DNA of 63,675 bases, counting the filler, from Octopus bimaculoides (taxonomy: Eukaryota): assembly GCF_001194135.2 (NCBI RefSeq). It is 6 parts of 6 records of this genome, joined end to end, with 100 filler letters (N's around TTAATTAATTAA, not from the genome) between each part and the next. Parts side by side here need not be neighbours in the genome. Positions count along the whole stretch, not along the records: positions 58,658 to 63,675 come from NW_026412828.1; 5 more parts are not named here. One strand, written 5' to 3'. This document shows, in pieces, positions 63,364-63,675 of the stretch. The notes beneath the pieces are model-generated. The model was given only the letters and a program-made list of their open reading frames with translations, did not search any database and was not told the DNA's origin. The number at the start of each line of letters is the position of its first letter. Position 1 is the first letter of the stretch. Both the position numbers and the translations under genes were made by a program.

Positions 63364-63515
63364 TTCTCCGTCGCGACTTGATTGGCCTTGGACTTCGTTA
63401 GTTCTTCACTGATTTGCTGTTTGGCCTGGATCTCGTTCTGTAAGCTCGACTGCAGGTTCAAGATCTCCATCTTGTCGAGGCGCTGGGACCTTCGGTTGCG
63501 CCACCGGTTCCGACC
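63364..63515 (-). CDS. MRCK: MRCK / genghis khan (CDC42-binding protein kinase), coiled-coil exon
   Basis: Translates GRNRWRNRRSQRLDKMEILNLQSSLQNEIQAKQQISEELTKSKANQVATE, the conserved MRCK/gek 'WRxRRSQKLxKMExLxLQSSLxxEIQAK' segment. Acceptor ttttccaag|, donor |gtacgt, 152 nt, phase 0-2. Confidence 0.93.
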
Positions 63516-63533
63516 CTTGGAAAAGGAAAGGGG

Positions 63534-63564
<31 letters not shown>

Positions 63565-63675
63565 TAGAATCAGTTTTTTTGCTCATCGTCGTCATGTATA
63601 TAGATGTGTATATACATATATATATAATATAGACATATATATATATATGTATGTATATATATATATATATATGTA

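Overview
This is AT-rich, microsatellite-laden eukaryotic DNA with many N gaps. The SINE, LINE and mariner landscape looks like a coleoid cephalopod, probably Octopus (inference, not a database result). Five identical 100-nt spacers (44 N + TTAATTAATTAA + 44 N) are artificial scaffold joins, so the window is six separately assembled pieces. Two host genes are supported by spliced exons with GT-AG sites and consistent phases. One is two exons of ARMC4/ODAD2 (+ strand, 22544-26208). The other is four exons of an MRCK/genghis khan (CDC42BP) kinase (- strand, 63515-58774; coiled coil to the start of C1). The rest is mostly decayed transposons (DD37D maT, DD37E Tc1, mariner, pogo/Tigger, piggyBac-type MITE, RTE, R4/Dong-like, Tx1-like and other LINEs, Penelope-like elements), several tRNA-derived SINE families and simple repeats. 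Nearly all entries in the ORF track are microsatellite or N-gap artefacts. The most unusual region is the MRCK introns (58.7-63.7 kb). They hold a near-canonical minimal type-I hammerhead ribozyme motif in the sense orientation of the pre-mRNA and an adjacent ~440-bp fold-back palindrome built partly from that motif's flank. They also hold an E-box-dense minisatellite and two oppositely oriented telomere-like arrays, plus inverted SINEs, that bracket a 59-nt frame-shifting exon. Further minimal hammerhead-like motifs lie at 48.8, 49.5 and 52.7 kb. All functional readings are hypotheses from manual inspection.
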